From a virus (Duplodnaviria > Caudoviricetes): 64,000 bases of DNA. Each line of letters starts with the position of its first letter. The stretch's first letter is position 1. The DNA is taken from the IMG/VR virus record IMGVR_UViG_3300013383_000004, positions 1-64,000 of that record; one strand, 5' to 3'. Made by a program: the position numbers and the translations under genes. The notes beneath the pieces were generated by a model that worked only from the letters and a program-made list of their open reading frames with translations, was not told the DNA's origin and did not search any database. Positions 10,265 through 21,025 of this stretch are shown here, one piece after another.

Positions 10265-11313
10265 AGTTTATTTAACCACTCTTTTAATGAATTTGGTTTA
10301 TCAATATTAATATCTTTAGGTACTTTAGGTTTATCTTTCAAATATTTTTCTAATTCTTCTCCTATAGTAAATGGATCTCTACAAATATATTGAAGGTTTT
10401 TTCCATAAAGTAAATTTCCATAACTATCCATATCCTCAAAGGACCATACTAAAGGAGTTAATGTATGTTTGTTTACTACTATAAATTTATAAGGAGCTAT
10501 AGTAAAATTTTTAAAATAATTATCTTTTCTTATATTATCTTTTAAAATTCTATAATAGAGCCTGCCTTGAATCATATAGTTCCACTGAATAAAACTCTGA
10601 GCAAAATCCCATTCTGTATGGCTTGAAGTTTTAAGATCTATGGGTACTATAAGTTGTTTATCATGTAGAACAATCACCTCATCCATCATACATCTATAAT
10701 CTACATTATTAAATGTAGCTTTAAATTTTAATTGATAAAACCTTTCTATACTACTATCAAATATATTATTAGGCTCAAAATAAAACTTAGTTGCAGAAGA
10801 TGATTTTAAAGAATCTACTGTTTTCAATACTTCATTATATATTTTTGTACTGATTATTGTTCTATCATTAGCTATATATAATAAGCCATAATATCCTGCA
10901 CAGTCTTCTTTTATTTTCTTAACTCTAGTTTTTGGTAGCCAGTGATTATTCCATTGTATATTTTCAATAGACACTAAAATATCATTATCCGGTATATCTT
11001 TCAAAGTATTATATTTATCTTTGAAATCATTAAACAGCTTCTTTACTATTGTAACTAAAGCATCAGATAAATTATTATCTAATTCTGCTACCATAAATAA
11101 CTTGTTAAACTCTTCCTCATTACCTGTGATAAGAGTATCAACACAAGAGCCAAAAGTAAGAGAAGGTGATTCTATTTTATCAAATAGTTTATTTAAGTTA
11201 TTAAACCCCTCTCTTTCATATCTAGAAAGTGTGCTGTAGGATAAAGCATGGTCTGCTCTATAAGTAGTTTCAGTCACTTTCCAAGATATGTTATATAAAT
11301 TTTTTCTTTCCAT
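10261..11313 (-). CDS. PD-(D/E)XK exonuclease (RecE/exonuclease VIII-like)
   Basis: ALSYSTL, FGSCVD, MD...IDLKT, Y..Q..LY motifs. Confidence 0.7.
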   Translation of the reverse strand: MERKNLYNISWKVTETTYRADHALSYSTLSRYEREGFNNLNKLFDKIESPSLTFGSCVDTLITGNEEEFNKLFMVAELDNNLSDALVTIVKKLFNDFKDKYNTLKDIPDNDILVSIENIQWNNHWLPKTRVKKIKEDCAGYYGLLYIANDRTIISTKIYNEVLKTVDSLKSSSATKFYFEPNNIFDSSIERFYQLKFKATFNNVDYRCMMDEVIVLHDKQLIVPIDLKTSSHTEWDFAQSFIQWNYMIQGRLYYRILKDNIRKDNYFKNFTIAPYKFIVVNKHTLTPLVWSFEDMDSYGNLLYGKNLQYICRDPFTIGEELEKYLKDKPKVPKDINIDKPNSLKEWLNKL

Positions 11314-11314
11314 A

Positions 11315-11566
11315 TTAAATATATAAATAAGAGGTATACTCTCTAACGTCTAGAACAAGTTGTTCTAAATAATCTATGTTTACATTTAGCCATTTATCCT
11401 TATGAACACTTTTCTCGTCATCCCTTCTTTTCATTATTAAACAAGATTCTACTATCTCACTAAGTTCTTCTAAATTCCTGTTTTTTAAAAACTGCTGACA
11501 TAATTTCATGTCTTTAGGAGGCAGGCATTGTAAACCCTCTTTAATTCTTTGATAAAGCTGATTCAT
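11315..11566 (-). CDS. hypothetical protein
   Basis: 83 aa ORF. Confidence 0.55.
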   Translation of the reverse strand: MNQLYQRIKEGLQCLPPKDMKLCQQFLKNRNLEELSEIVESCLIMKRRDDEKSVHKDKWLNVNIDYLEQLVLDVREYTSYLYI

Positions 11567-12053
11567 ACTCTTTGATTATTTTAATAGCTTGGAGCAGCTG
11601 CTTTTTAGTATAAACCTCAAAATATATAGAGTGTTGTCCTGTCTTAATAAGAATATCATCTAAATATTTTCTAAACAATTTCTTTTTAATATAGAAGACT
11701 TCATTCTCAAATCCTTTAGTTTCTATATATACATCTAATTTGCCGTATCTAAAATAAAAATCTGGAGTATATCTTATCCCAATAACTTTATTTGATTTTA
11801 GTACTAATAATCTGTTCTTGATAGGGTCTCCACTTTCTATCCTCTTATTTTGTTGAGTGTCTGTTTCTTTATCATAAAATGGAGTATAAGGCATAAAACT
11901 ACTCCATAATTCATAAGTTTTATACTCGTATTGAGGCTTGAATCCTAGCTCAAAAAGAGTATTATAAGTACTCTTTTCAAGCTGTGATTTAAAAGTTAGA
12001 TTACCAGATTTACATTTTGTGGCATTTCTAATCTTTTTATTATTTTTACTCAT
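11541..12053 (-). CDS. T7 endonuclease I-like / Holliday junction resolvase nuclease
   Basis: FKSQLE...YTPDF...YIETKG. Confidence 0.75.
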   Translation of the reverse strand: MSKNNKKIRNATKCKSGNLTFKSQLEKSTYNTLFELGFKPQYEYKTYELWSSFMPYTPFYDKETDTQQNKRIESGDPIKNRLLVLKSNKVIGIRYTPDFYFRYGKLDVYIETKGFENEVFYIKKKLFRKYLDDILIKTGQHSIYFEVYTKKQLLQAIKIIKEYESALSKN

Positions 12054-12582
12054 TAGAGAAAAGGGATTTTAGATTATTTCTTAAAAGACTACAAGCAATC
12101 TTAGCGTCCTCTATACTTCTAAAAGCAGGAAAAGCCTTATAATTTTTAATATGAGCTTTATTTATTTCATGAATCCTACCATCTTGAGGAGAAATAGCAT
12201 AGATATGTTCACTTTCATTAATATGATCTTTATAGTTTTTATCCAATTCAATAGCTATCTCTTTAAGGATAATTTGAGTTACTGCCCAAAGATTAACTTT
12301 CTCAAGATTCTCTAAGATACCAGACAATTTATCTTCCTTCCAACCTGTTTTTTCCATAAGGTTGTAAATAGCAGCATTCCATATATCATCATAATTCTCA
12401 TTGTATTCTACTATTTTAACTATCTTATTTTTAATAAGGACATCAAGAGTCTTCTCATCAATAATAGTTCTATACGAAGTTTTTACTTTCCCAAAGTTAG
12501 GGATATTACTATAGGATGTAATTTCTATAGTATCTCCCATCTTTACTTCTTTACCATTCAAAGTGTTAACAAATTTTTTCAT
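12046..12582 (-). CDS. hypothetical protein
   Basis: ORF; likely start ATG 12582, downstream of a promoter. Confidence 0.65.
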   Translation of the reverse strand: MKKFVNTLNGKEVKMGDTIEITSYSNIPNFGKVKTSYRTIIDEKTLDVLIKNKIVKIVEYNENYDDIWNAAIYNLMEKTGWKEDKLSGILENLEKVNLWAVTQIILKEIAIELDKNYKDHINESEHIYAISPQDGRIHEINKAHIKNYKAFPAFRSIEDAKIACSLLRNNLKSLFSNE

Positions 12583-12614
12583 ATTACTATCTTTTAATAA
12601 ATAATTAAGCAAGA

Positions 12615-12646
12615 GCAAAGGTACTTATAATTTATGAAGTACCAAA
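12615..12646 (-). promoter_or_regulatory. Bacteroidota sigma70-type promoter
   Basis: -33 TTTGG and -7 TACCTTTGC on the minus strand. Confidence 0.7.
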
Positions 12647-12660
12647 ATCTTTAACTATAT

Positions 12661-13620
12661 TTATATTTTTCTTTGAGTAATGCACTCTTTAGCTATTTCA
12701 AGTAGTTTATCTTGAATACTTTCAACAGTAGTTCCAGGCAGTTCCGGTATTTTAATTTTGTATGCAGAGTCTGTTTCTGTACCCATAATACCCTCATAAA
12801 TTACTTTAGTTACATAGCTACAATCAAAACCATCCTCTACATTTAGAGGAATAACTTTGTCACCATCATAATTTATAATCTTCATAGGAAGATAAGCACA
12901 TGTTCTAAGTTTTCCATATTCTGAATTATGAGGCACTGCAACTACATCTGCAGGATTAACTAAACAAGCTATACCTGTATTTCCATAATAATTCTTTTTA
13001 AGCCATTTAGCAGAAGCACAATGTAGACCCCTACTGCACTCATGAGAGCTGTCACAATCACATTTATTTCTATCAAGAGTCACTACTTCTCCTATTTTAA
13101 TTACAGTTGAGTGACTATGATAGTCAGTATATACTCCTTCCTTTGGAGTAGTATCCACATTTCTGTAAGCTACAAAGAAGCCACATTTAGCAAGTTTTAA
13201 ACCATATAATTGTAGAAACCAATATAAATTATTTCTACATTCCTCATTAGTATTAAGAGACATTAAAGTCCAAAAATTCCTATATGTAGTAATTTTTAAA
13301 TAATCATGATTAAACTCAGCATCTAAAATAGAATTTGCTAAATCTATAGGAACTGATAAACTAGATACATTATCCCAATAAATAGCATTATTATATACCC
13401 TAAGAATTTTAGATTGTCTTAATTTTTCTATAGTAGAAAGCGCTTGTTCCCTTTCTTTCTTTATTTTATAAAACTCTGGGTTTAGTATACTGATAATTTC
13501 ATTATCTGTCTGAGCTTTGACTATTTTATTAAATTCTTCATCTGTAATTTTTTTCTCAATACAATTACCATTATTAAGAATTATTGTTACTTTATCTCCT
13601 ATTTTGATTATTTTTTGCAT
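12661..13620 (-). CDS. rIIB-like protein
   Basis: GFFVAYR, YTDYHS, CSRGLH, LVNPADVVAVP, KLRTCAY; follows rIIA. Confidence 0.8.
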   Translation of the reverse strand: MQKIIKIGDKVTIILNNGNCIEKKITDEEFNKIVKAQTDNEIISILNPEFYKIKKEREQALSTIEKLRQSKILRVYNNAIYWDNVSSLSVPIDLANSILDAEFNHDYLKITTYRNFWTLMSLNTNEECRNNLYWFLQLYGLKLAKCGFFVAYRNVDTTPKEGVYTDYHSHSTVIKIGEVVTLDRNKCDCDSSHECSRGLHCASAKWLKKNYYGNTGIACLVNPADVVAVPHNSEYGKLRTCAYLPMKIINYDGDKVIPLNVEDGFDCSYVTKVIYEGIMGTETDSAYKIKIPELPGTTVESIQDKLLEIAKECITQRKI

Positions 13621-15785
13621 AATATTTTTAAAATTTTATTGTTTTTAATTTCATAATATGTTGAATAGTTTATTCTAAAAGTTTTAGTCCTTAAAATAAT
13701 AAGTGCTATTATAAGGTTATTTAGTGAACTTTCATACATATTTATATTACACATTTTACATATTTTATTATACAGAGTATTATAATGTTTTAGTTTTTCA
13801 CATATTTTTATTGTATAAGGATCTGTTTTTTTACATTTATATGCTAATGCTGCATAAGTACTGTTTTTGTATTTATTATTAAAAGTCATTATATCTTTAA
13901 ATGGTTCTTGCAATAATAAAGGTACTATTTTTAGAAATTCTTTACTATAATATAATGAAGGACAATCAACATCTGTAAATACTTGTTGTATAGAATGTAA
14001 CTTTATAATAGAAGGGTCATCTGAAAGAAGCCGATTCTTATCTACAATACAAGAAACCTTTGTTTTGTTAATAGCTTCCACTATACTTTTTCTTGCTTTA
14101 ATAAATTTAAATCCTTTAACTTTAGCTAACCCCATATAAAACTCATTATCAGCACTCATATCAGTAAGTATAATTCCTGTTTTGAAACTTTTAAGATATT
14201 TTATACAATCAGCAATACTATTACAATATACTTTTATAGCTCTAGGGTACTCCTGTTTATACAGTATAATATTTTTTATTGTGGGTATTGATTTTGTATA
14301 TTTTATTTTTGATTTATAAGATAAAAAATCAGAATCTGACTCTATATCCACTACTTTAGCTATTGATATTAAATAATCATACATAAACTTAATTAAAACA
14401 TTAGTTTCTTTATTCTCCTTAAATCCTATAATAGCTGAAGATACGTAGTATTTTAAATCAGATTCATCAAAATAGCTAACTATAGTATAATCTTTGTAAT
14501 TATTATAAATCCAATCTTTAATAGTCTGTGTTACTCTATTACAATGTTTTAATATAAGTAGTTTTTCTGCCTTCATAGAAGATCTGTCATAAGCTGCTTG
14601 AGGAATCTTGTATCTATAAAATTTTTCATTTTCATATAGACCTATAAAATTTATTAATATAATATTAAAAAAACTATTTATATAAGAAATAGACAATTCA
14701 CTAAAAGATTTTCCTTTAAACATAATATCATTAGGAGCCTTAGTAACAAAGTCATTTCTATCTCTATATTTAAAATTGTTATAATAATATTTATTATTTA
14801 TAAAGTCATATCTAATATAAAAGTGAGTAATTTTCCAAAATTCACGAAAATTATCATAATTTGATGGGACTGCTTGTTTTATTATATGCTGTATTTCTTC
14901 TTTTGCAGCTTGTATTCTATTATTAATTATATTAATAGTATTCTTATTATATATAATATTCTCTCTATTAGGGGTAATTTCTAATTCTCCTATATTGAAC
15001 CTAATAGTAATTCCTGTCCTTCTAATTGAATAAAGGAAATCACTGTTTTCCCTTGATAGATATTCATAATTACAAGGATACAATACATTTCCTAAAAGAA
15101 TTTTATTATCAACTATTGTAGATGCAACAGCAAAATTATTATACCACTTTATCTTAATTTCATTAATTAACTTAGTTTTAGCAGGACCATCTATATATAT
15201 ATTAGGAAAGAATACTACATATTTCAAAGCATCTATATAAGGATTTATATCTGTAATATTTTTTATAGTAATAGCTATACCATTTTTTTCTTCTGTAACT
15301 TTTTCTATAACAAGATTAGTAGTAATAGTATTACCATCTTTTATCATAATATATAGACGCATTATACCATTGTAGTATGAGGTTATATATACAGTATTAC
15401 TACAAGCTAATGAACTATACCTGCCAATACCGAATCCACCAATAAACTCATTGCTTTCTCTTTTAGTACTACTTCCAATATTACAAAATATTTTTTTAAA
15501 TCTTTGAGGACTAAGTCCCGTACCAAAATCTCTAATAGTTATTTCCCAGCTATTATCACTATAACTAAATTTAATAATAATAGGTGTATTGGTAGTTTTT
15601 GCTTCTATATGACTATCCCAAGCATTACTTACAATCTCTCTAATAAAAGATTGCTCAGGGTTAGAGTATAAATTAGACGATAATAATGTAGTAATATACT
15701 CAATATTCTTTGGATCTATAGATGTTTTAAACTTTTGAACCTCTCCTATAATTTGTACATTACTTTGTGCTGTTTCTACTATCAT
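13608..15785 (-). CDS. rIIA-like protein (GHKL ATPase N-terminus)
   Basis: LYSNP..FIREIVSNAWD, IRDFGTG, STK, GGFGIG, ITPNRE. Confidence 0.85.
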   Translation of the reverse strand: MIVETAQSNVQIIGEVQKFKTSIDPKNIEYITTLLSSNLYSNPEQSFIREIVSNAWDSHIEAKTTNTPIIIKFSYSDNSWEITIRDFGTGLSPQRFKKIFCNIGSSTKRESNEFIGGFGIGRYSSLACSNTVYITSYYNGIMRLYIMIKDGNTITTNLVIEKVTEEKNGIAITIKNITDINPYIDALKYVVFFPNIYIDGPAKTKLINEIKIKWYNNFAVASTIVDNKILLGNVLYPCNYEYLSRENSDFLYSIRRTGITIRFNIGELEITPNRENIIYNKNTINIINNRIQAAKEEIQHIIKQAVPSNYDNFREFWKITHFYIRYDFINNKYYYNNFKYRDRNDFVTKAPNDIMFKGKSFSELSISYINSFFNIILINFIGLYENEKFYRYKIPQAAYDRSSMKAEKLLILKHCNRVTQTIKDWIYNNYKDYTIVSYFDESDLKYYVSSAIIGFKENKETNVLIKFMYDYLISIAKVVDIESDSDFLSYKSKIKYTKSIPTIKNIILYKQEYPRAIKVYCNSIADCIKYLKSFKTGIILTDMSADNEFYMGLAKVKGFKFIKARKSIVEAINKTKVSCIVDKNRLLSDDPSIIKLHSIQQVFTDVDCPSLYYSKEFLKIVPLLLQEPFKDIMTFNNKYKNSTYAALAYKCKKTDPYTIKICEKLKHYNTLYNKICKMCNINMYESSLNNLIIALIILRTKTFRINYSTYYEIKNNKILKILCKK

Positions 15786-15800
15786 GTTTTATAAAATTAA

Positions 15801-15828
15801 AGGTGAGTAGGACACAGTCTACTCACCT
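15801..15828. terminator. intergenic hairpin (terminator or processing site)
   Basis: AGGTGAGTAG-8nt-CTACTCACCT. Confidence 0.5.
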
Positions 15829-15839
15829 AATATTATTAA

Positions 15840-16076
15840 CTAAGAATTAATATAATCCACTTCAGAGTCAAGGAGGATATGTTTCTTCTTTAAAATTTCA
15901 ATTAATTTATCACATTTACACCTCCTAGATTCAGATTGGTTTTTTGTAGTACACTCTGATATAATTGCTTCAAGCTTGACATTAGATACTTTTGTATAAT
16001 CAATCCCATATCTTTTCTTAATTTTTTCTTGAAGTCTAAGGTTTCTAACCTTTACAAAAAGTTCTTTTCTATTCAT
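15840..16076 (-). CDS. hypothetical protein
   Basis: 78 aa ORF. Confidence 0.6.
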   Translation of the reverse strand: MNRKELFVKVRNLRLQEKIKKRYGIDYTKVSNVKLEAIISECTTKNQSESRRCKCDKLIEILKKKHILLDSEVDYINS

Positions 16077-17056
16077 TTGAATAAATTTAAAATTGTTTGT
16101 TTAAAAGTTTCTTTGTTATTTAAAATTTTATAATAGTCACTTATATCTTTCCCACCTTTAAAGTAAGGTAATATAATATTAGTAAAACCTGTCCTGTTAG
16201 CTAAATTAACAGCATCCTGCAAACCGACTTTATCATTATCTAAACATATATATATTTTATTAAATCTTTTTTTTAAGTTTTCTATTGCAGTATTGCTTAT
16301 ACTATAGCCTTCCCCTTGAATTGCTAATGATGGAATATTTGTATTAGCCCATAGACATAAGGCATCTTTTAAAGATGAGCAGATACAAAGCTTTTCCCCT
16401 TTTTTAGGCACTTTAGTCCATAAGCTAATGACAGATTTATCGTGACCATTAGACCATTTATAACCACTTTTATTAAATGGTTGATATATTTTTAATGTAA
16501 CTTTTTTCTCTTTAAATTCTACATAAGTATAGGCATATTTATCAGCTTTAAAAAATAATTTTATGCCATTCTTAATAATAATTTTATGAGAAATAGGGTA
16601 TACATCAGCATATTTTAACCACTTCAATGATATTCCATAGCTATTCCAATATTGAATATCATAGTCTTTCCATTTTCTTACCTTACATTTTAAGATTGTC
16701 TGATTATTAATTTTACACTTACTTATAGTATAACTGCCTTTTCCTATTTTAGTATTATAAGGAAAATTACCTAAATCTTTATACACCCTATTATTTACTT
16801 CCCTATAGTCACAATCCCACATTTTACTAAGTAATGTCCATATAGATCCTGATTCTTTAGTACTAAAGTCTATATAATTAACTTCGGTATCCTTAGGACA
16901 ATATAGAGCAAATGAAGGGTGCTTATCCTCCCTTAGAGGACTATGTATTAAACAGGGTATAGATTTAATATTTAAGTAAAAGGCAGCAATATCAGCTTGG
17001 GATAAATTACTTAAATCCCAATAAGGTTCTTTTGATTTACTGCCTTTACTTATCAT
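16073..17056 (-). CDS. DNA primase (TOPRIM)
   Basis: SPLREDKHPSF, SSLKD, LDNDKVG, KDISD. Confidence 0.85.
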   Translation of the reverse strand: MISKGSKSKEPYWDLSNLSQADIAAFYLNIKSIPCLIHSPLREDKHPSFALYCPKDTEVNYIDFSTKESGSIWTLLSKMWDCDYREVNNRVYKDLGNFPYNTKIGKGSYTISKCKINNQTILKCKVRKWKDYDIQYWNSYGISLKWLKYADVYPISHKIIIKNGIKLFFKADKYAYTYVEFKEKKVTLKIYQPFNKSGYKWSNGHDKSVISLWTKVPKKGEKLCICSSLKDALCLWANTNIPSLAIQGEGYSISNTAIENLKKRFNKIYICLDNDKVGLQDAVNLANRTGFTNIILPYFKGGKDISDYYKILNNKETFKQTILNLFK

Positions 17057-17061
17057 ATTTA

Positions 17062-18006
17062 TTAAGCCCAGGGATCTGACGTGTTGTCTGATGGCATATC
17101 AAAGGGTAAATCCTCTGATGCCATAGTAGAAGGTGCAGAAAATGTAGTAGGTGTTACTGTATATTCATGAACAGGCTCTGCGGAATACTCTGTATTGAGA
17201 GTTTTACTATGCTCTTCTGCATAAGCAATATCTTGTTGAAGCATTCTACTTAGACTACTGTAATTAGTAGCATTATTAACATAAAATTTCTTAGTATATA
17301 CAGATTGATACAATCTACCTGTATTACTATCAGTTCTTACACCCAAACAAACTTTTATTTTATTAGTAGGTTGGAATCCAAGAATACCTCTAATTTCTGA
17401 GAAATCACCCTTAAAAAGTTTATCAAAACTTTCTAATTCTAGTCTACATTCGCATTCCTCAGGTTTAACATCAGTATTAGGAACTGTGCATTTATTTATA
17501 TTATCCCATTTAGTAATATTAGGAATACACAAGAATATTCTAATAAAGTTAGTAAGGTCTTCTTCCCCAACATAAGCAATTCTATAGTCATTACTAATAT
17601 CTGCTTTTCTTCCAGTGGCATAAGTAGGAATCTCTTTTGCAGAAATCTCTGCTTCTGTTGCCCAAGCAAATCTACCATACTTATCTACTACTTGATACTT
17701 GCCAGAGTTAGCACCAAACTGCTTCTGATTAGTAATAAACATAGGCATTGTTACAAGGGGCATTTCAAAGCCGATCCTCTCTATATCTGGTTGAAGAACC
17801 AAACTAATTCTTACATTCTTGTAGGACTTACCTTCTGCATCCTCTTTATCTTGCACATAAACAGGAGCTTCCTCCAGTGTAGTATTAAAGAGTTTCTCAT
17901 GCTCCTCCTTATTAGGATTTACTGCCTTTACAAATACTGGACAAATGCCAATATACCTCTTAAATTCCTGAGCCTCCTTTGAGGCATTACCTTTTGAAAT
18001 TGCCAT
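17062..18006 (-). CDS. putative single-stranded DNA-binding protein
   Basis: Position in the replication module; acidic tail EDLPF...DPWA. Confidence 0.55.
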   Translation of the reverse strand: MAISKGNASKEAQEFKRYIGICPVFVKAVNPNKEEHEKLFNTTLEEAPVYVQDKEDAEGKSYKNVRISLVLQPDIERIGFEMPLVTMPMFITNQKQFGANSGKYQVVDKYGRFAWATEAEISAKEIPTYATGRKADISNDYRIAYVGEEDLTNFIRIFLCIPNITKWDNINKCTVPNTDVKPEECECRLELESFDKLFKGDFSEIRGILGFQPTNKIKVCLGVRTDSNTGRLYQSVYTKKFYVNNATNYSSLSRMLQQDIAYAEEHSKTLNTEYSAEPVHEYTVTPTTFSAPSTMASEDLPFDMPSDNTSDPWA

Positions 18007-18051
18007 TTTATTATTATGTTTAAATTGTTTATATTATATATTTATTATTAA

Positions 18052-18447
18052 TTAAAGACTAAAATCTCTTTCAGTTATTTCATTGCTATTGTTTTCTGCA
18101 AATGAATCATTGCCTACTATAGATTCCTCTTGTTTATCTTGTATAGGAGGAATAATAGTATCGGGATAAATAAACTCAAAAGTAGTTTTCTTGATAATAT
18201 TACCATTCTTATCTACTTGATCAGTAGGTGTAACTACCTTTTTAATAATATCCTCTGTATGATAGCCTGTCATTGCTACAGTAGGAGCATCAGTTAATTC
18301 AATTTGCTCATTGACTTCCTCTAGTTCTTCGTCAATTTTAGCTTTCTTTTCTACCAATTTGTTTTTTCTTTTGAGAAAACCCTCAACATTCTGAGCTGTT
18401 CTTTTTAGTCTTGCCAGCTCAAACTTAGTAAATTCTTTTTTTGTCAT
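18052..18447 (-). CDS. hypothetical coiled-coil protein
   Basis: 131 aa ORF. Confidence 0.65.
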   Translation of the reverse strand: MTKKEFTKFELARLKRTAQNVEGFLKRKNKLVEKKAKIDEELEEVNEQIELTDAPTVAMTGYHTEDIIKKVVTPTDQVDKNGNIIKKTTFEFIYPDTIIPPIQDKQEESIVGNDSFAENNSNEITERDFSL

Positions 18448-18459
18448 TGTTTATATTAA

Positions 18460-19266
18460 TTAATTGTTAATAAATATTTTAGAAGTGTCAAATTTCACTT
18501 CATTATTCTCATCTGATTCTGCTACTAAAATTTTCTTACCTCTAAGGTGAGGACATCTAGCTTCTCTAATAGTATTATCTCCTCCTTCAAAAGAAATGTA
18601 AGTTTTATTACCTTCTCTGTAAATTAACCCTATAGCATCTGCTTCTCCACAGATAATATCTCCTGTTTTTCCAGCTAAATCCATAGATAATTCAGACATT
18701 TCTTGTGAATCTTTTCTTATTTGTTTATCTTTCACATGAGTAACCAAAATAAGAGTTTCACAAAGAGGTTTAAACATATCTATCATCTGTCTGATTGCTT
18801 TTCTAAGATACAGATAACCTGAACCATTAGGTAACATTCTTACATCAGCTTTAGGATCTAATACTGGTTTACCTGTTTTAGGATCTTTATAGACCATTCC
18901 TTTAGAGTCTTTTAGATACCCCCATCCTGCACCCATAGGAGTATTCCTATATAATTCTGCTGCATAAGGAATGCTTATTTCCTCCAATCTTGTAGCATTG
19001 TCTATAGTTATAAACCTATATGGAGCTTTGTGAAGTTCTTTACCTTTAGCTATGATTGCATCTTTAATTTCCTGCAAGTCTTTCATTGACCTTGCTTGTA
19101 CTTTCATTACTGACAAAGCTCTATAACCATCCTCCAAGTCAATGATAAGATTGTCATCAATAGCTGCTACAAATGAGCTCTTTCCCTGTTTTGGCCTGCC
19201 CATAATAATAAGCAGCTTAGGATTATAATTAGTTACTGCACTTCTTTCTGTTGGTAATTGTATCAT
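18460..19266 (-). CDS. AAA-domain ATPase (Sak4-like)
   Basis: Walker A GRPKQGKSS, IDLEDG, ITIDN, LVTH. Confidence 0.8.
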   Translation of the reverse strand: MIQLPTERSAVTNYNPKLLIIMGRPKQGKSSFVAAIDDNLIIDLEDGYRALSVMKVQARSMKDLQEIKDAIIAKGKELHKAPYRFITIDNATRLEEISIPYAAELYRNTPMGAGWGYLKDSKGMVYKDPKTGKPVLDPKADVRMLPNGSGYLYLRKAIRQMIDMFKPLCETLILVTHVKDKQIRKDSQEMSELSMDLAGKTGDIICGEADAIGLIYREGNKTYISFEGGDNTIREARCPHLRGKKILVAESDENNEVKFDTSKIFINN

Positions 19267-20453
19267 ATTATTTTATTATTAAAAATATTATTTACTTTAG
19301 TAATCATAAAAGACAAGAGAGTAGTTTTAGTAATTCCTTTTCTCTTGTTTTCTATAGCTTTATATACTCTTTCTAACTCTATTGAATCAGATGGCTTAGG
19401 TAACTCTTTATAATAATTTATTGCACCATTAAAATAAAGAGGACATATAGCATTTGATTCTCCTCCTCTATTAAGAACTATTTCCAAACATCTAAAATTA
19501 CCTTTTAATATTCTAATGTTATACTTTAAATACTCGGGGAGTTCAAAACTGAAAGGATTAGTTATTCCTAACATGACATCTACAGCCTTGCCTGTATCTT
19601 TACTATCTGCCAATCCTGCTAAAGTTGGTCTTATTTTATTACTTTTAAAAGCATCTAATCCTATAGTTTCAATGTTCTGTTGTTGAACTACTACAGGTAT
19701 ATAATGATATTTATTTCTAGCTAAAATTAAGTATTCACATAATTTATTAATAGTTTCTCTTAAAGTAAAACCTCTTTCAGTATCAAGTAATGATACATGG
19801 TCTATTATAAACATTACATATTCATTTTCTTTATAAGGTTTATAATAATCAAAAGATTCTCCAATTCTTTCTATTCCATCAGCATCTTTATATTTATATT
19901 TCTTTTTATGAATTATACCATGATTTTTAGCATAATTACAAATATCTTTCCATATTCCTGTAGGATTCTTAGCTTCACAAAATTCTACATGATGTTCATA
20001 AAAACTAAGTATCTCTACTATTTCTTTAGAATCTAAAAGATCTAATACTTCTTGCTTTACAGGTCTTTTTGTATTAGTAGAGGATAAGTCTGTAGGACTA
20101 ATCTCTATATTATATACTGTATACAGCAGATAACATATAAACCTTAAAGTAATATTCTCTTTTGTTTCTTCTAAAGGATAATAAAATATTTTAGGAGTTA
20201 TAATATTAGGATTCTTATAAGCAAAAATAATAGTATTATATAGAAACAAATAATTCATTATTTGAGTTTTTGAAGCTTTAGATGCTCCACTAATCAAATA
20301 AAATTTACCTTGTTCAATACCGGGAAATTGCTCAGAGAATCTTGGAAAGGGAGTAGGTATACAATTAACTTCTCCATTTAATACTTTATTTCTCCTTGAT
20401 TCTAAATAATGTTTTAATCTCTCTCTTAAACTTATAGTAAGGTGCTCGTCCAT
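19263..20453 (-). CDS. DnaB-like replicative helicase
   Basis: GASKASKT, YPLEE, IIDHVSLL, VVQQ, LNRGG. Confidence 0.8.
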   Translation of the reverse strand: MDEHLTISLRERLKHYLESRRNKVLNGEVNCIPTPFPRFSEQFPGIEQGKFYLISGASKASKTQIMNYLFLYNTIIFAYKNPNIITPKIFYYPLEETKENITLRFICYLLYTVYNIEISPTDLSSTNTKRPVKQEVLDLLDSKEIVEILSFYEHHVEFCEAKNPTGIWKDICNYAKNHGIIHKKKYKYKDADGIERIGESFDYYKPYKENEYVMFIIDHVSLLDTERGFTLRETINKLCEYLILARNKYHYIPVVVQQQNIETIGLDAFKSNKIRPTLAGLADSKDTGKAVDVMLGITNPFSFELPEYLKYNIRILKGNFRCLEIVLNRGGESNAICPLYFNGAINYYKELPKPSDSIELERVYKAIENKRKGITKTTLLSFMITKVNNIFNNKII

Positions 20454-21025
20454 TCTTCTTTTTGATTATCTAATTGCCCTTCATTTTCTATAAGAGACAT
20501 TAATTCAGATTTTATTTCTACATTACCATCAGCATCTCTAACAGACTTTAGTATAAAGTACTTAAGTAATTGCATATATTTATAATTACCATTAAATGAA
20601 TTTACATATTCTTTAGTAGCCTTTATAACTTTTTCTGCATTAAGAGAAAAGCCATATTTTACAACAAGAGTTTTAAGTTTCTTTGCTACCTCTGTTGTAG
20701 TTCCTCTCCACATATAAGTAGTCCCGGCCTTCCTTCCAGAAGGATATATTTCTCGTAACTTAACAGCTAAATTTGTATATTCTGAATCTGCATCAATAAC
20801 ATTCTTATCAGAGTCTATAACAATAGTAGATATTAAATCCTTTATTTTATCACTTATAACTATTTTATCTTTAGAGAACAAATCTCTATTGGCAAATCCT
20901 TTAGCTATAAGAGATAGAGTAACAGATTTAATATCTACTTCTTTAGCATTAAGAAACAAGACCAAGAACTCTTCAAGTGTAATATTATACTTATTAAGGA
21001 TTGTTTGGTCTATTGTTAACTTCAT
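20432..21025 (-). CDS. hypothetical replication-associated protein
   Basis: 197 aa between the two helicases. Confidence 0.6.
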   Translation of the reverse strand: MKLTIDQTILNKYNITLEEFLVLFLNAKEVDIKSVTLSLIAKGFANRDLFSKDKIVISDKIKDLISTIVIDSDKNVIDADSEYTNLAVKLREIYPSGRKAGTTYMWRGTTTEVAKKLKTLVVKYGFSLNAEKVIKATKEYVNSFNGNYKYMQLLKYFILKSVRDADGNVEIKSELMSLIENEGQLDNQKEEWTSTLL

